From the NCBI GenBank assembly GCA_038243585.1, contig JBBSQY010000006.1, positions 12,840 through 76,839 of the forward strand: 64,000 nt of DNA. Reading direction: 5' to 3'. The position numbers and the translations under genes are program-made. Source of the stretch: Candidatus Sumerlaeales bacterium (GTDB lineage: Bacteria > Sumerlaeota > Sumerlaeia > Sumerlaeales > Sumerlaeaceae). The notes under the pieces were generated by a model. That model saw only the letters and a list, made by a program, of their open reading frames with translations, did not search any database and was not told where the DNA came from. This document shows, in pieces, positions 8,232-19,174 of this stretch; within the stretch, counting starts at the first letter, position 1; every line of letters begins with the position of its first letter.

Positions 8232-10223
8232 TTATAAATTCCCCGAGCCAAAAAAGGTTAAAAGTAAGGCAATCAACGCCGCACCAAAAAGCATTACAGC
8301 AGCATAACGGCCTACGCGCCCATTTTGCAGGGTAACAAAGAAGCCGTGAAACAGCTGCAGTATTACTGAGCCTGCTTCATAAATACCATCGACTAAATAT
8401 TCGTCAGTCCAGGACAGCACTTTAGAAATTTTCCTGTAGGGCCGTGTAACAAGGGTGGCGTACAAATGGTCAAAATCCCATGCACGGTATAAAAAGTTGG
8501 CAACGCCAAATCTGTAGGGCGAGGCCGTTTCGATCCTAATCGCCATAGGATCCATAGCAGGTTCAGGAATTATGCGACCTTCAACCATTCGCTTTGGACT
8601 GAAGAGAACGCTACCTACGAACCATCCGGCAACGGCCAACACAGCACTGACGGCTGCTGCAATTATCTCGCCGGTTAAATTATGTGACGGCTCAGAAGCC
8701 CAACCTTTGAAGTGAGGCTGGAAATAGTGTTCCCAGTGAAGAAGACCCGGCACGTTTAGAAAACCGGCAAACAAAGCAAAGACTGCCAGAATATATAGAG
8801 GCCATGTTTGGCGGGGTGAAGGCGCGTGCAAGTGATAGTCTGCGCGAGGAGCTCCAAGAAATACGACATAAATTAGCCGAGCTGAATAGATTGCAGTAAG
8901 GACAGCTGTGGTCAAACCTACCCCGTACAGTAATATATTACCGCGATCTGAGGTAAGTGCTGACCATAATATAGCATCCTTGCTGAAAAAGCCTGAGGTT
9001 AAAGGAATGCCGGCAAGCGCAATGGTGCCCGCGACGGTTGCCAGAAAAACTCCAGGGAGCTCTTTACGCAGGCCACCCATTTTGAAGATATTCTGTTCGC
9101 CATGTAGCGCATGGATTACGCTCCCAGCCGCAAGGAAAAGAAGCGCTTTAAAGAACGCATGGGTAAAAAAATGAAAAAGCCCGATTGAAAAGGCCCCAAC
9201 TCCGAGAGCAAGCATCATGAACCCAATTTGGCTTATAGTAGAAAATGCCAGGATCCGTTTGATGTCGGTTTGCACGATGGCGCAGGTTGCACCGTAGAAC
9301 GCAGTCAGGACGCCGATTACAGCGACCACCATCATTAGCTCAGGCGACAGCGCGAACACGATGTGAAAGCGGGCAATTAAATAAACTCCGGCGGTTACCA
9401 TCGTTGCGGCATGTATGAGCGCACTAACAGGGGTTGGGCCAGCCATGGCGTCTGGAAGCCATGTTTGTAATGGAAGCTGTGCGCTTTTTCCCGCCGCTCC
9501 GCCTAGTAACAATAGACCCGCAATCACCAACAGTTGTCCAAAAGTCAAATTGAACACGGGATGTACGATATTAAGATCTGCTAAACCAAACGTTTCGAGC
9601 CGCGTAAAATCCACTGTTCCGATCATGGCAAGGAGAAGCACACCGAGGATCAAAAATACGTCACCGAAGCGTGTGACGAAGAACGCCTTTAACGCTGCAG
9701 CGACATTCTCACGTTTCTCGTAATGATGACCAATCAGGGCAAAGGAACAAGCACCAACTCCCTCCCAGCCGATTAACATAAAGAAGGCATTATCTGCCAA
9801 CACCAGAATGAGCATCGAGGCAACAAAGAGAGAAAGAAAGCCGAAGTAGCGTCTCTGGCCTTCTTCGTTTTCCATGTAGGACGTAGAAAACAGGTGGATC
9901 AAAAAGCCGACTCCAGTAATTACGAGGGCGAATATACCGCTAACTCGGTCAAGCAATAGCCCGGCATTAGCCTGCACGAATCCAGCATCCAGCCATTTCC
10001 AGCCAATCTGGTGAAAAAAAACTGCTCCCTTACTTGTTGCATTATTGTAAACAATAAATGAGAATATTGCCCACAAAAAACTCATGGCAACGCCAGTTGT
10101 GGCTATCCACCCTGCAGAACGTGGTCTGATGGAACCGGAGAAGATAAAAATTAATAGAGCAGCAAGAGCGGGTAATCCGGGAATTAACCAAAGCGACGGG
10201 TAAATGGAAGTCATCGTGTCCAT
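8232..10223 (-). CDS. nuoL: NADH-quinone oxidoreductase subunit L
   Basis: 663-aa antiporter-like subunit (GWEGVGACSF, KSAQLPLQTWLPDAMAGPTPVSALIHAATMVTAGVY) with the C-terminal lateral-helix region. Confidence 0.92.
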   Translation of the reverse strand: MDTMTSIYPSLWLIPGLPALAALLIFIFSGSIRPRSAGWIATTGVAMSFLWAIFSFIVYNNATSKGAVFFHQIGWKWLDAGFVQANAGLLLDRVSGIFALVITGVGFLIHLFSTSYMENEEGQRRYFGFLSLFVASMLILVLADNAFFMLIGWEGVGACSFALIGHHYEKRENVAAALKAFFVTRFGDVFLILGVLLLAMIGTVDFTRLETFGLADLNIVHPVFNLTFGQLLVIAGLLLLGGAAGKSAQLPLQTWLPDAMAGPTPVSALIHAATMVTAGVYLIARFHIVFALSPELMMVVAVIGVLTAFYGATCAIVQTDIKRILAFSTISQIGFMMLALGVGAFSIGLFHFFTHAFFKALLFLAAGSVIHALHGEQNIFKMGGLRKELPGVFLATVAGTIALAGIPLTSGFFSKDAILWSALTSDRGNILLYGVGLTTAVLTAIYSARLIYVVFLGAPRADYHLHAPSPRQTWPLYILAVFALFAGFLNVPGLLHWEHYFQPHFKGWASEPSHNLTGEIIAAAVSAVLAVAGWFVGSVLFSPKRMVEGRIIPEPAMDPMAIRIETASPYRFGVANFLYRAWDFDHLYATLVTRPYRKISKVLSWTDEYLVDGIYEAGSVILQLFHGFFVTLQNGRVGRYAAVMLFGAALIALLLTFFGSGNL

Positions 10224-10226
10224 GGG

Positions 10227-10532
10227 TTATTCTCCGGCTGCATCAGCAATGGACCAGAGATCCAGCGTTTGAAATTTGCGATAGATTAGGACGGCCAGGG
10301 CCAGGCCGATAGCGACTTCTGCCGCCGCAACGGGCAGGATAAACAAGAAAAATATTTGTCCGTCAGGTTCTCCGTGAAGTGCTGAACCTGCAACAAATGC
10401 AAGCCCTGCCGCATTGAGCATTACTTCCATGCTCATGAGAACAAACAGGAGGTTGCGGCGCACGATCACGCCTGTAACACCGATGAAAAATAATATAGTG
10501 GCAACAACGAGGGCAGGTTCAGCGAAGGGCAA
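10227..10532 (-). CDS. nuoK: NADH-quinone oxidoreductase subunit K
   Basis: 101-aa three-TM protein with the conserved MSMEVMLNAAGLAFV segment. Confidence 0.9.
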   Translation of the reverse strand: MPFAEPALVVATILFFIGVTGVIVRRNLLFVLMSMEVMLNAAGLAFVAGSALHGEPDGQIFFLFILPVAAAEVAIGLALAVLIYRKFQTLDLWSIADAAGE

Positions 10533-11067
10533 CTTTCACCTCCGTCTCGTCCTGAATTCCGGCTGCGCGTCCAAGATGCATACCACCGACAATTCCAATC
10601 AAGAGTATTAGCGATGCAAGCTCTACACCAAGATAATGGTGTGTAAACAAGGCGATTCCCAGTTCTCGCGCAGAAACCACGTTGGTGGCTTCAGTTCCAA
10701 CCATGCTGCCGGAACGGAGTAGTGCCAGCACAACCACAATTACCAGAATCGTGGAAAGCAGAGCTGGAAAAATAAGCTGAATCAAAGACGGCCTCTGAAT
10801 ATCCGGCATAGTGGCGGGGGATCCCGCTGGGCTAAGCATCTGAACCACAAAAAGAAACAGCACCATAATTGCCCCGGCATAGACAATCACCTCCAGGGCA
10901 GCCAGAAACGGCGCGCCCAGAGTGTAGAAAATCATGGAAACTCCAAACAGGGACAAAATTAGGTAAAGTACTGCGTAAAAAGGGTTTCGGCTAATAATAA
11001 CAATTAGTGTAGCTGCTATCGCAACAAAAGAGGATGCCCAGAATATGGATGCGTCTAGAAAGGTCAC
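10519..11067 (-). CDS. nuoJ: NADH-quinone oxidoreductase subunit J
   Basis: 182-aa hydrophobic protein between nuoI and nuoK, with a typical YAGAIMVLFLFVVQML block. Confidence 0.88.
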   Translation of the reverse strand: MTFLDASIFWASSFVAIAATLIVIISRNPFYAVLYLILSLFGVSMIFYTLGAPFLAALEVIVYAGAIMVLFLFVVQMLSPAGSPATMPDIQRPSLIQLIFPALLSTILVIVVVLALLRSGSMVGTEATNVVSARELGIALFTHHYLGVELASLILLIGIVGGMHLGRAAGIQDETEVKVALR

Positions 11068-11591
11068 GGCAGGTTGCTCCGATAGTTCGACGGGGGATTT
11101 TCTTCAATTCCTTCCCCTTTGCCTTTTCCTGCAATGGCTACACCAGCAACCTTCCAATAATTATAATCCGGATGTTTTCCAGTGCCGCTGATCTGCAGGT
11201 CCTCTTTGTGATAAAGAAGGTTGCTGCGCGTCGTCGTAGACATCTCAAAATCCGGTGTAAGTTGTATGGCGTATGTAGGACAAGCCTCTTCGCAAAACCC
11301 ACAAAAGATGCAACGGGCGAAATTAATATCAAACTTCTTAGCCACACGACGCCCGTCCGGTCGGTATTCTGACTGCAAATCAATGCAGTTTACCGGGCAC
11401 ACGGCTTGGCACAGGTAACACCCTACGCAACGTTCGTCACCGCTGGGGTCGCTTGTCAGCACAATACGACCACGCCACCGGGGCGGGATGATCGGCTTCT
11501 CTTCCGGGTAATTAATAGTAATCGGCTTCTTAAACAGATACTTCGCTGTCAGGGCAAGCCCGGCGAGCATTTCTTTCAAATCGTTAAGCAT
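11064..11591 (-). CDS. nuoI: NADH-quinone oxidoreductase subunit I (2x[4Fe-4S] ferredoxin)
   Basis: Two CxxCxxCxxxCP motifs (CVGCYLCQAVCP and CIFCGFCEEACP). Confidence 0.93.
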   Translation of the reverse strand: MLNDLKEMLAGLALTAKYLFKKPITINYPEEKPIIPPRWRGRIVLTSDPSGDERCVGCYLCQAVCPVNCIDLQSEYRPDGRRVAKKFDINFARCIFCGFCEEACPTYAIQLTPDFEMSTTTRSNLLYHKEDLQISGTGKHPDYNYWKVAGVAIAGKGKGEGIEENPPSNYRSNLP

Positions 11592-11600
11592 AATATTTAA

Positions 11601-12671
11601 TCATCTTCCTGCCATGCCGCCAATATCCGGAGCTACCAACACAATAATAATAGTGATAACTAGGTTTAATATCGAGAGGGGGATGAGGACTTTCCATCCA
11701 AGTTCCATAAGGTGATCAAATCGAAACCTGGGATAGGTTGCCCTGATCCAGATAAAAAAGAACAATAGCGCCACGACCTTTAGTACTAGCCATAGAGGTC
11801 CTAGCCAATCTGGACCGATTCCCTGCCAGCCACCAAGGTACAGAATTGCTATGATCGCACTTAGAAGTAAAACCCCAATGTATTCTCCCAGGAAGAAAAG
11901 CGCGAACTTCATACTGCTATACTCAGTGTGAAAGCCAGCTACGATTTCATTTTCCGCTTCCGGAAGATCAAATGGGGTGCGGCGTGATTCCGCAACAGCA
12001 GATATGAGGAAAATTAAAAACCCCAGTGGCTGCAACGCCAAAAACCAAAGCGGCTGTTGCGCTTTAACAATGTCATTGAGATTTAGAGAGCCAGCCAGTA
12101 TAACGACAGCTAAAAGGCTCATACTCAGGCTGAGCTCATAGCTGATCATCTGAGCAGTAGCCCTCAAACCGCCCAATAACGCGTACTTACTATTAGACGC
12201 CCAGCCAGCTAAAACGATACTATATACTGCAATTGAACTGAGCGCCAAAAACAAAAGGACCCCTATATTACTATTGGACAAAGAAAACCAATGGCTAATT
12301 TCAGGATTCCCAAAGGGGATAATCCCAAGCCCAAGCAAGCCCGTAATGGTAATAATCATGGGGGCTATAACAAACAGGACCTTATTTGCAAAAGGAGGCA
12401 TTGAGTCCTCTTTTGTAAGCAATTTCAAAACGTCTGCAATCGGATGCAGGTTAAGAAAAGGAACCTTGAACTTCCCGATATAAAGGCGAGCACGGTTCGG
12501 ACCGACTCTATGTTGTAGTCTTGCGATTACTCGGCGTTCAAACAGGACGATGTACCCGGTAATACCGAAGATAAACATCATGATAAACACGCCCTTTACA
12601 ACCGCTACAAGGGCTTGTTGCCACGTTTCCAATTGAATAAGGGATGTGTAGGTGAGCCATTCTAGGTTCAT
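11601..12671 (-). CDS. nuoH: NADH-quinone oxidoreductase subunit H
   Basis: 356-aa membrane subunit with the conserved ERRVIARLQHRVGPNR and AESRRTPFDLPEAENEIVAGFHTEYS blocks. Confidence 0.93.
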   Translation of the reverse strand: MNLEWLTYTSLIQLETWQQALVAVVKGVFIMMFIFGITGYIVLFERRVIARLQHRVGPNRARLYIGKFKVPFLNLHPIADVLKLLTKEDSMPPFANKVLFVIAPMIITITGLLGLGIIPFGNPEISHWFSLSNSNIGVLLFLALSSIAVYSIVLAGWASNSKYALLGGLRATAQMISYELSLSMSLLAVVILAGSLNLNDIVKAQQPLWFLALQPLGFLIFLISAVAESRRTPFDLPEAENEIVAGFHTEYSSMKFALFFLGEYIGVLLLSAIIAILYLGGWQGIGPDWLGPLWLVLKVVALLFFFIWIRATYPRFRFDHLMELGWKVLIPLSILNLVITIIIVLVAPDIGGMAGR

Positions 12672-15004
12672 AGAAGCGCCTCAGCGTCTGCCGTCCGCTT
12701 AAGATTAATAAAAACTGGCACGGCAACTGTCCCTTTTGCCAGTTTATCATTGATTCGCAGGGGAGCCGCAATTCCACACTGATTAGTCAAATCATAATGG
12801 GCACCGTCGCTAAGACCTTTTGCCTCTGCGTCTTCGGGATTCATTTCAATGACAAACTCAGGAGCGCGTTCTTTCATAGCCGTGCTAAGCGAACTGAGTT
12901 CCTCGCTACCAAAGGTGTGGTATACATGCCACAGGCGAAGGTCTAAATCGGCGTCGTTGTCTTTTTGATTCTTACGCGACGGAGGGGGGAGCTTTGGTGA
13001 AGTACGAATAACGCAGCCGTTATCTCCGACTCGCAGGCGATCCATATGCAGGTTGCTTTCACGCGTCACATCGTAAATATCCTGAAAATCAGTCCCGCCG
13101 ATCATGTCTTCAATCTCAGCGTGTTGGATAAGCGCAGTCAACACTTCGCTAGCCGCCAGATTAACATGACTTGGAAGATGCATGCCATCATAAGCCTGCG
13201 CACGGCACTCGTAATTTACGAGGGTTCCGAAACTCTGATAATGAGAGACGCATGGCAGAACTGCGTGGGAGGCTTGGACCGTTTGGGTTTCAATGGAATC
13301 GATGGTAACCACAAATTCAAGCTGAGACAGCCACGGCGGAAGATTCCCTTGAGTAGTAGCGGCGAGATCTCTTTCACAAATGACAAGTGCTTTGACTCGT
13401 CCGCCTTCGATATCAGCCATGACGGAATCAGGATTTTCATCATTTCTGACAAGTGCAACGCCAGCCGAGTTCACCGCAGGGAAAAAGTAGGCCAAGCTAC
13501 ACGTGCGGCTTCCATAAGCCGTTGTAGCCTTTGCCAGAGAAAAAGCTGCTTCTATCAGGCTAGGGTCGTCATGTAGAACACTACAAATTATAAGGGGTTT
13601 TTTTGCTTTTTGAAGAGCTGCGGCTACAGTGTGAACAAAATTGTCTTCGGTCGCTTCTGTTCCGGCGGGTACACTTCCAATAAAGGAGGCAATTGTTGCT
13701 TCTTCACCAGGTACGCAACGCCAGGAAGCACGGGCAAACTGATCAAGCTCGCCGGCTCTTGGAGAGCAAATAAACAACGGATTACCCTTTGCGATAGATT
13801 GACGCACCGCGAGATCCATCATTGGCGCTTCAGCTGTAAGATCGCCTCCGAGTACCATAATAAAATCCGCTTGCTCAATTTCTGTAAGAGTTGGTACTGA
13901 GACTTCGCCGCTGGCCGTTATAGAGGCTGCCCGCCGAACAGCAGCACGTCTGTCCTGATTATCAAAATAGCAAACTCTGTTACTCCCAAGGCCTTTCATG
14001 AGGAGCTGTAGTGCGGCATTAGCTTCCAGACTTGACCGTTCGCTCCCAAAGCCAACAATCGATGCAGGGCCGTGCTGTCGGGCGATTTCCTTTAATCTAT
14101 CAGCCACGGATTTTAATGCCACATCTAATTCTGTGACCGAACCTTCTACTCGTGCTTCAGTAAGCCGAGTCTCATGGTTAACAAATTCGCCGCCGTAGCG
14201 CCCACGATCACACATAAAGAACCGGTTAACCGCCGGCTGCTCTGCTGGTTTGATACGGCGGAGTGTATCGTTTCTGTAGCCTGGCAAAACATTACATCCC
14301 ACGCTGCAGCTTGGACATACACTTCTGGTAGTTTGCAAGTCCCATGGCCGAGAATAGTGCGTTCTAAACTGCTTATCTGTGAAAACCCCGGTAGGGCATA
14401 TGTCTACAAGATTTCCGGAAAATTCGCTTTGCAATGTTCCATCTTCAACACGACCAAAATAAAGCCTGTCGCGGCTGCCAAACACTCCGAAATCATCGCC
14501 TAGCGCGTAATCCCTGTAATAGCGGACGCAGCGATAGCACTGGATACATCGGTTCATCTCATGATAAACAAAGGGTCCAAGGTCCTGATTTACCCACGTG
14601 CGCTTCGGAAACCGGTCGCGGCGATGTTGCTGCTCAGTCAGGACGATCATATCTTGCAACATGCACTCACCGCCCTCGTCGCACACTGGGCAATCATGAG
14701 GATGGTGTAACATCAGATCTTCACTAACTTGCTTGCGAAACTTGAGGGCATAGTCGTCATTTACGCTGACTATCATTCCCTCGGAAGCACGAACCATACA
14801 ACTCATCTCAAGGCGGGCCGGCTTATCCGGTCCCGGGGCAATCATGCATGCACACATTCGACATGCTCCGGCCGGTCCCAGAGCCTCATGGTAACAGAAG
14901 TGCGGTATGATCTGTCCTTCATCAAGGACTGCCTGCAAAATATTTGTGCCGGCGTCGACCTCACGCACAACACCATCAATCGTAATTTTAACTTTATCTG
15001 CCAT
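12668..15004 (-). CDS. nuoG: NADH-quinone oxidoreductase subunit G
   Basis: N-terminal 2Fe-2S (CYHEALGPAGACRMC) and HPHDCPVCDEGGEC/4Fe-4S motifs, followed by a molybdopterin-oxidoreductase-like domain. Confidence 0.93.
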   Translation of the reverse strand: MADKVKITIDGVVREVDAGTNILQAVLDEGQIIPHFCYHEALGPAGACRMCACMIAPGPDKPARLEMSCMVRASEGMIVSVNDDYALKFRKQVSEDLMLHHPHDCPVCDEGGECMLQDMIVLTEQQHRRDRFPKRTWVNQDLGPFVYHEMNRCIQCYRCVRYYRDYALGDDFGVFGSRDRLYFGRVEDGTLQSEFSGNLVDICPTGVFTDKQFRTHYSRPWDLQTTRSVCPSCSVGCNVLPGYRNDTLRRIKPAEQPAVNRFFMCDRGRYGGEFVNHETRLTEARVEGSVTELDVALKSVADRLKEIARQHGPASIVGFGSERSSLEANAALQLLMKGLGSNRVCYFDNQDRRAAVRRAASITASGEVSVPTLTEIEQADFIMVLGGDLTAEAPMMDLAVRQSIAKGNPLFICSPRAGELDQFARASWRCVPGEEATIASFIGSVPAGTEATEDNFVHTVAAALQKAKKPLIICSVLHDDPSLIEAAFSLAKATTAYGSRTCSLAYFFPAVNSAGVALVRNDENPDSVMADIEGGRVKALVICERDLAATTQGNLPPWLSQLEFVVTIDSIETQTVQASHAVLPCVSHYQSFGTLVNYECRAQAYDGMHLPSHVNLAASEVLTALIQHAEIEDMIGGTDFQDIYDVTRESNLHMDRLRVGDNGCVIRTSPKLPPPSRKNQKDNDADLDLRLWHVYHTFGSEELSSLSTAMKERAPEFVIEMNPEDAEAKGLSDGAHYDLTNQCGIAAPLRINDKLAKGTVAVPVFINLKRTADAEALL

Positions 15005-15016
15005 AATAATTAGTAA

Positions 15017-16333
15017 TTATACCCCCGCCTTCTGGAATTGGGGCGATTTTTCTTCTTGGGGAGATGCGGAGCCATAAAGTTTGTTTGAGTCTATTTTAGC
15101 ATCAAATTCATGACGATATATGGTAATAGCACTTAGCAAGGGACCCTGTGCCCCAGGCGCAAAAGCGCAGAAAGTATGCAAAATGTGTTTGGACATATCA
15201 TCGAGCACCTCCATGTCAGTTGGCATGCCGCGCCCCTCCGCGATAGCCTTCACAATTTGGTAAATCCAGGGAATACCTTCCCGACACGGCGTACAGAAGC
15301 CACAGCTCTCTCGAGCATAAAACTTCATGATGTTTGCCGTGGCAGCCACCATACAGTCCTGTTCGTCAAATGCTATAATGCCGGCAGTCCCCATGCGGGA
15401 CCCAACTTTGGCCACAGTATCGTAATCCATTGGTGTGTCAAACTGATCAGGAACAAGCAGGGGAGTAGAGAGACCACCGGGGATAATACATTTCCAGGCA
15501 ACGCGGCTGGGTCCACCTGCATACTCTTCCATTATTTCGCGGGTGCTCGTACCAAGAGGAAGCTCCCAGAGACCTGGTCGCTTAAACCGGCCGCTGGCAC
15601 CCATGATTTTTGTTCCGGCATTTCCCGTGAGACCAAGACCATTAAACCACTCAGCGCCATTGGCGAAGATGTGAGGCATATTGCTAAACGTCTCGACGTT
15701 GTTTACAATTGTAGGCTGACCGAGAAAACCACGAACTTGTGGAAACGGAGGCTTACTGCGCGGATTAGCGCGCTTTCCTTCCAACGCATTTAAAAGGGCC
15801 GTTTCTTCTCCACAAATGTAACGACCTGCGCTGAGGTGAGTTTCCAGATGAAAGTCAAAACCGCTGCCCAGAATGTTTTTCCCGAGAAGGTTTTTGGCTT
15901 CGGCCTCAGCAATAGCTTTATCAAGAATTGCAGATCCGCTGCGATACTCAAGACGGACAAATATAAATCCCTTTGTCATTTGCATGGCGTACGCAGATAT
16001 AAGCATGCCTTCGATCAACTGATGCGGATCGTTTTGAATCAGGGCCCGATCTTTAAATGTGCCCGGTTCCATTTCATCGCAATTACAGACAAGGTACTTT
16101 TGTCCCTCAAAATCCATGGGAACAAAAGACCACTTCATACCGGTCGGAAAGCCTGCACCGCCTCGGCCGCGCAGATTGCTGTCCTTAACTAACTGCTGAG
16201 CTTCCGCAGGAGTCATTTTGAGGGCTTTGCGGAAACCTTCATAACCGCCGTTGCTCGCATATTTCTCAAGAAAAACCGGTTCGCCCGGATTCTGCAGATC
16301 AAAATTCTTTGTCAGAACCTTAACTTCAGCCAT
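15017..16333 (-). CDS. nuoF: NADH-quinone oxidoreductase subunit F (NADH/FMN site)
   Basis: GRGGAGFPTGMKW FMN/NADH motif and the ESCGFCTPCREG 4Fe-4S motif. Confidence 0.95.
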   Translation of the reverse strand: MAEVKVLTKNFDLQNPGEPVFLEKYASNGGYEGFRKALKMTPAEAQQLVKDSNLRGRGGAGFPTGMKWSFVPMDFEGQKYLVCNCDEMEPGTFKDRALIQNDPHQLIEGMLISAYAMQMTKGFIFVRLEYRSGSAILDKAIAEAEAKNLLGKNILGSGFDFHLETHLSAGRYICGEETALLNALEGKRANPRSKPPFPQVRGFLGQPTIVNNVETFSNMPHIFANGAEWFNGLGLTGNAGTKIMGASGRFKRPGLWELPLGTSTREIMEEYAGGPSRVAWKCIIPGGLSTPLLVPDQFDTPMDYDTVAKVGSRMGTAGIIAFDEQDCMVAATANIMKFYARESCGFCTPCREGIPWIYQIVKAIAEGRGMPTDMEVLDDMSKHILHTFCAFAPGAQGPLLSAITIYRHEFDAKIDSNKLYGSASPQEEKSPQFQKAGV

Positions 16334-16863
16334 TAGTCAGTGCCTCCCGCTAAGACGTTTTGCACAGGAGAATTATTATATTTTTCGAAAAGACTATCAA
16401 GCATTTCTGGCGTAACATTGCTGTGAAGGTCATCACCGACCATCATGCAGGGTGCCTTGTCGCAGTTGCCCAGACAAACAATAGGAAGCAGAGTGTACTC
16501 GCCATCCGGAGTTGTTTCGCCGAGGCGGATACCCAGTTTGTTTTCCAGGTGTTCCAGATTGTTGTCGCAGCCGCCAAGGTAGCAAGATATGGAATCGCAG
16601 GTGACGATAATCTTTTTCCCAACAGGTTGACGGAAAAACCAGTTGAAAAAAGTCGCAACACCTTCGACTTCAGGTGCGGACACTCCAACGATATCTGCCG
16701 CTTCGTATATGGCGTGGTCCGGCAACCAACCGTCGTAGTGGGCCTGAAGCTGCTGCATAACCCAGATAAGGCCAACGCGTCGGTTAGCGTAGTGAGTGCA
16801 GTGGTCAGATAATTCTTGTCGAAGTTCGTCAGGTAACATTTTAGTAATAATTTTATCGCTCAT
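16333..16863 (-). CDS. nuoE: NADH-quinone oxidoreductase subunit E (2Fe-2S)
   Basis: Thioredoxin-like ferredoxin with CDSISC...CLGNCDKAPC cysteines. Overlapping start/stop with nuoF. Confidence 0.92.
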   Translation of the reverse strand: MSDKIITKMLPDELRQELSDHCTHYANRRVGLIWVMQQLQAHYDGWLPDHAIYEAADIVGVSAPEVEGVATFFNWFFRQPVGKKIIVTCDSISCYLGGCDNNLEHLENKLGIRLGETTPDGEYTLLPIVCLGNCDKAPCMMVGDDLHSNVTPEMLDSLFEKYNNSPVQNVLAGGTD

Positions 16864-18623
16864 CGGTCAATATCCGCCAACACAAAGTCCATGGCACCAA
16901 GTGCCGCCAATAGATCACTCAATAGCGCGCCCTCACATAGTGCCGGCAGTGTTTGCATATGAGCAAAGCTTGGTGCTCTTATTCTCAATCGATAAGGAGA
17001 TGTACGACCGTCACTTATTACATGATACGCCCCTGCCCCTTTTGGTTGTTCAACCATCATGAAGCTTTCACCCGCGGGCAAATCCAAGCCCCAACCCACT
17101 GCTAGGAAGTGGTTTATCAAAGTCTCGATATCCATCATGGTCTCAGCCTTGCGCGGCGGAAAAGCGTACCGATTATCACGGCTTATGTATTCGCCCTCGG
17201 GCATCAAGTTGACGCACTGCTTTATTATGCGAGCGCTCTGTTCCATTTCTGCATGGCGAACAGCCCCCCTGGCCCAGCAATCGCCATCGGTAGATGTTGG
17301 CACATCAAACTCAAAAGCCTCGTAGCCTCCGTAAGGCATAGCCTTGCGGACATCCCATCTGGCTCCGCTTGCGCGTAAATTAGCCCCGGAAACGCCCCAT
17401 TCCCAACATTCCGCTTCGTTCATGACACCCACGCCGACAGTACGGCTCTTAAAGACTGGGTTTTTAAACATAAGATTGTAATATTCGCTGAGGTGCTTGT
17501 CGAAGTCTTTGAGAAATTCAAGAATCGGCTGCCTCCATCCAGGTGGCAGATCCATGCTACAGCCGCCGATGCGCAGAAAATTAGGGTGCATGCGGCCACC
17601 AGTTATCATCTCGATAATTTTAAACAGATTTTCGCGTTCGCGGAAAGTATAAAAAACCGGGGTCATGGCGCCAACGTCATGGCCGAACGTTCCCAGCCAG
17701 ACCAGGTGATTACAGATCCGATAAATTTCGCCAATCATGATACGCATGACTTGTGCGCGCTCTGGGACGTTGATTCCTGCAAGTTGCTCGCACGCCATCA
17801 CATATGGAATTTCGTTGTAGATGCCGCCCAGATAATCAACCCGGTCAGTGTACGGGATAAACGTATGAAACGTCTGACGCTCTGCAATTTTCTCATTGCC
17901 GCGATGATGGTATCCAATAACTGGATAAACTTTTTCGAGATGCTCCCCATTTAACGTGAGCACTATACGAAGCACGCCGTGAGTGCCCGGGTGATTTGGG
18001 CCCACGTTAAGGATCATTAGATCTTCGCCACTTGGACCCTTTGTGCGTATTGCAGAGTCGCCGCTCGAGAAGGTTTCGTAGCCTTCGTATTCTTCTAAGT
18101 CTTCCGGGCGGATAACCAACGGCTCCATTTCGGTTGCCCGATTGGGATGCTCCTTCCGAAGCGGATACCCCTGCCACCAATCTGGCATAAGCATGCGGCG
18201 CATATTTGGATGTCCCTGAAATCGGATACCAAACATATCGTAGGCTTCGCGTTCATACCAGTTAGCGTTTTTATAAATACCGGTAATGGATGGGACGTCG
18301 GGCACATCGGCAGTTCCCTCAACTGGCACCTTTAGCAGAAGTGTTTCTGCGCGCTCAGGGCTGAGCAACACATACTGCATAGTGAAACGGTGCTTGTCGC
18401 CTGATGGACGCCCTTGTCTCTCGGATTCGTCCACGGCAGTTAGGTCGTATAATACCTTGTAGGGCTTAGCCACGTCAGTTTTCAGCCGATTAAGCGTGCT
18501 TACAATCTCGTCTGAACGGACAGTCCGTACTTCAGTGTAGCCAAGGATCCCTTTACTCTCTTTGAGTAAATCATCCTCGTTAGTTTCCCAGATTGGTTTT
18601 TCTACGTTTCGCGAAAACTTCAT
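16860..18623 (-). CDS. nuoCD: NADH-quinone oxidoreductase fused subunit C/D
   Basis: Single 587-aa ORF. The N-terminal 30-kDa subunit block is [26 protein letters not shown]. The 49-kDa subunit follows ([15 protein letters not shown] ... DFVLADIDR). Confidence 0.93.
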   Translation of the reverse strand: MKFSRNVEKPIWETNEDDLLKESKGILGYTEVRTVRSDEIVSTLNRLKTDVAKPYKVLYDLTAVDESERQGRPSGDKHRFTMQYVLLSPERAETLLLKVPVEGTADVPDVPSITGIYKNANWYEREAYDMFGIRFQGHPNMRRMLMPDWWQGYPLRKEHPNRATEMEPLVIRPEDLEEYEGYETFSSGDSAIRTKGPSGEDLMILNVGPNHPGTHGVLRIVLTLNGEHLEKVYPVIGYHHRGNEKIAERQTFHTFIPYTDRVDYLGGIYNEIPYVMACEQLAGINVPERAQVMRIMIGEIYRICNHLVWLGTFGHDVGAMTPVFYTFRERENLFKIIEMITGGRMHPNFLRIGGCSMDLPPGWRQPILEFLKDFDKHLSEYYNLMFKNPVFKSRTVGVGVMNEAECWEWGVSGANLRASGARWDVRKAMPYGGYEAFEFDVPTSTDGDCWARGAVRHAEMEQSARIIKQCVNLMPEGEYISRDNRYAFPPRKAETMMDIETLINHFLAVGWGLDLPAGESFMMVEQPKGAGAYHVISDGRTSPYRLRIRAPSFAHMQTLPALCEGALLSDLLAALGAMDFVLADIDR

Positions 18624-19174
18624 GCCCGAAAATCACCCGCCGCAATCAACGTTGATGATCCAGGAACCTTGGGTTTATCGTCCAAAACTAGACCCATAGG
18701 ACGCTGGCGACTTTGCTGAATCTGTTCTTGCAGTAGAATCAAGCCTTCAAGAAAAGCCTCAGGCCGTGGGGGACAACCGGGAATATATACATCCACCGGC
18801 AGGATAGTATCAACTCCCTGAACCACACTGTATACGTCGTACATACCCCCGGAGTTAGCGCAGGAACCCATGGAAATCACCCATTTGGGTTCCATAAGCT
18901 GCTCGTAAAGCCTCACGATACTAGGGGCCATTTTCTTAAAAACGGTGCCTGCAATAACCATAAGATCGGCTTCACGAGGGGTGCCACGCAGCACTTCCGC
19001 ACCAAAACGACTTACATCATATTTTGATGTAAAGGAAGTCATCATTTCTACATAGCAGCAGCTAAGTCCAAAATTAAACGGCCAGATGGAGTACTTGCGA
19101 CCCCAGTTAACCATATCAGTTAGTCGCGCAAAGACAAACGGCTGTTGTGTACTTTTTTCGTATGATGGCGCCAT
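18620..19174 (-). CDS. nuoB: NADH-quinone oxidoreductase subunit B
   Basis: Contains [19 protein letters not shown] and GCPPRPE motifs. I chose the start at the ATG at 19174 (MAPSYEK...), which is preceded by GGGGAGG 6 nt upstream. The longer ORF from 19258 would run deep into nuoA. Confidence 0.9.
   Translation of the reverse strand: MAPSYEKSTQQPFVFARLTDMVNWGRKYSIWPFNFGLSCCYVEMMTSFTSKYDVSRFGAEVLRGTPREADLMVIAGTVFKKMAPSIVRLYEQLMEPKWVISMGSCANSGGMYDVYSVVQGVDTILPVDVYIPGCPPRPEAFLEGLILLQEQIQQSRQRPMGLVLDDKPKVPGSSTLIAAGDFRA

Noticed and set aside
7679-8251. 190-aa minus-strand ORF overlapping nuoM/nuoL, and similar long ORFs inside nuoG (13046-13576), nuoF (15176-15793) and nuoCD (17493-17954)
   Set aside because: They lie in alternative frames or antisense within genes that have unambiguous complex I homology. 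Their translations are low-complexity and Arg/Ser/Cys-rich with no motifs, which is typical of shadow ORFs.
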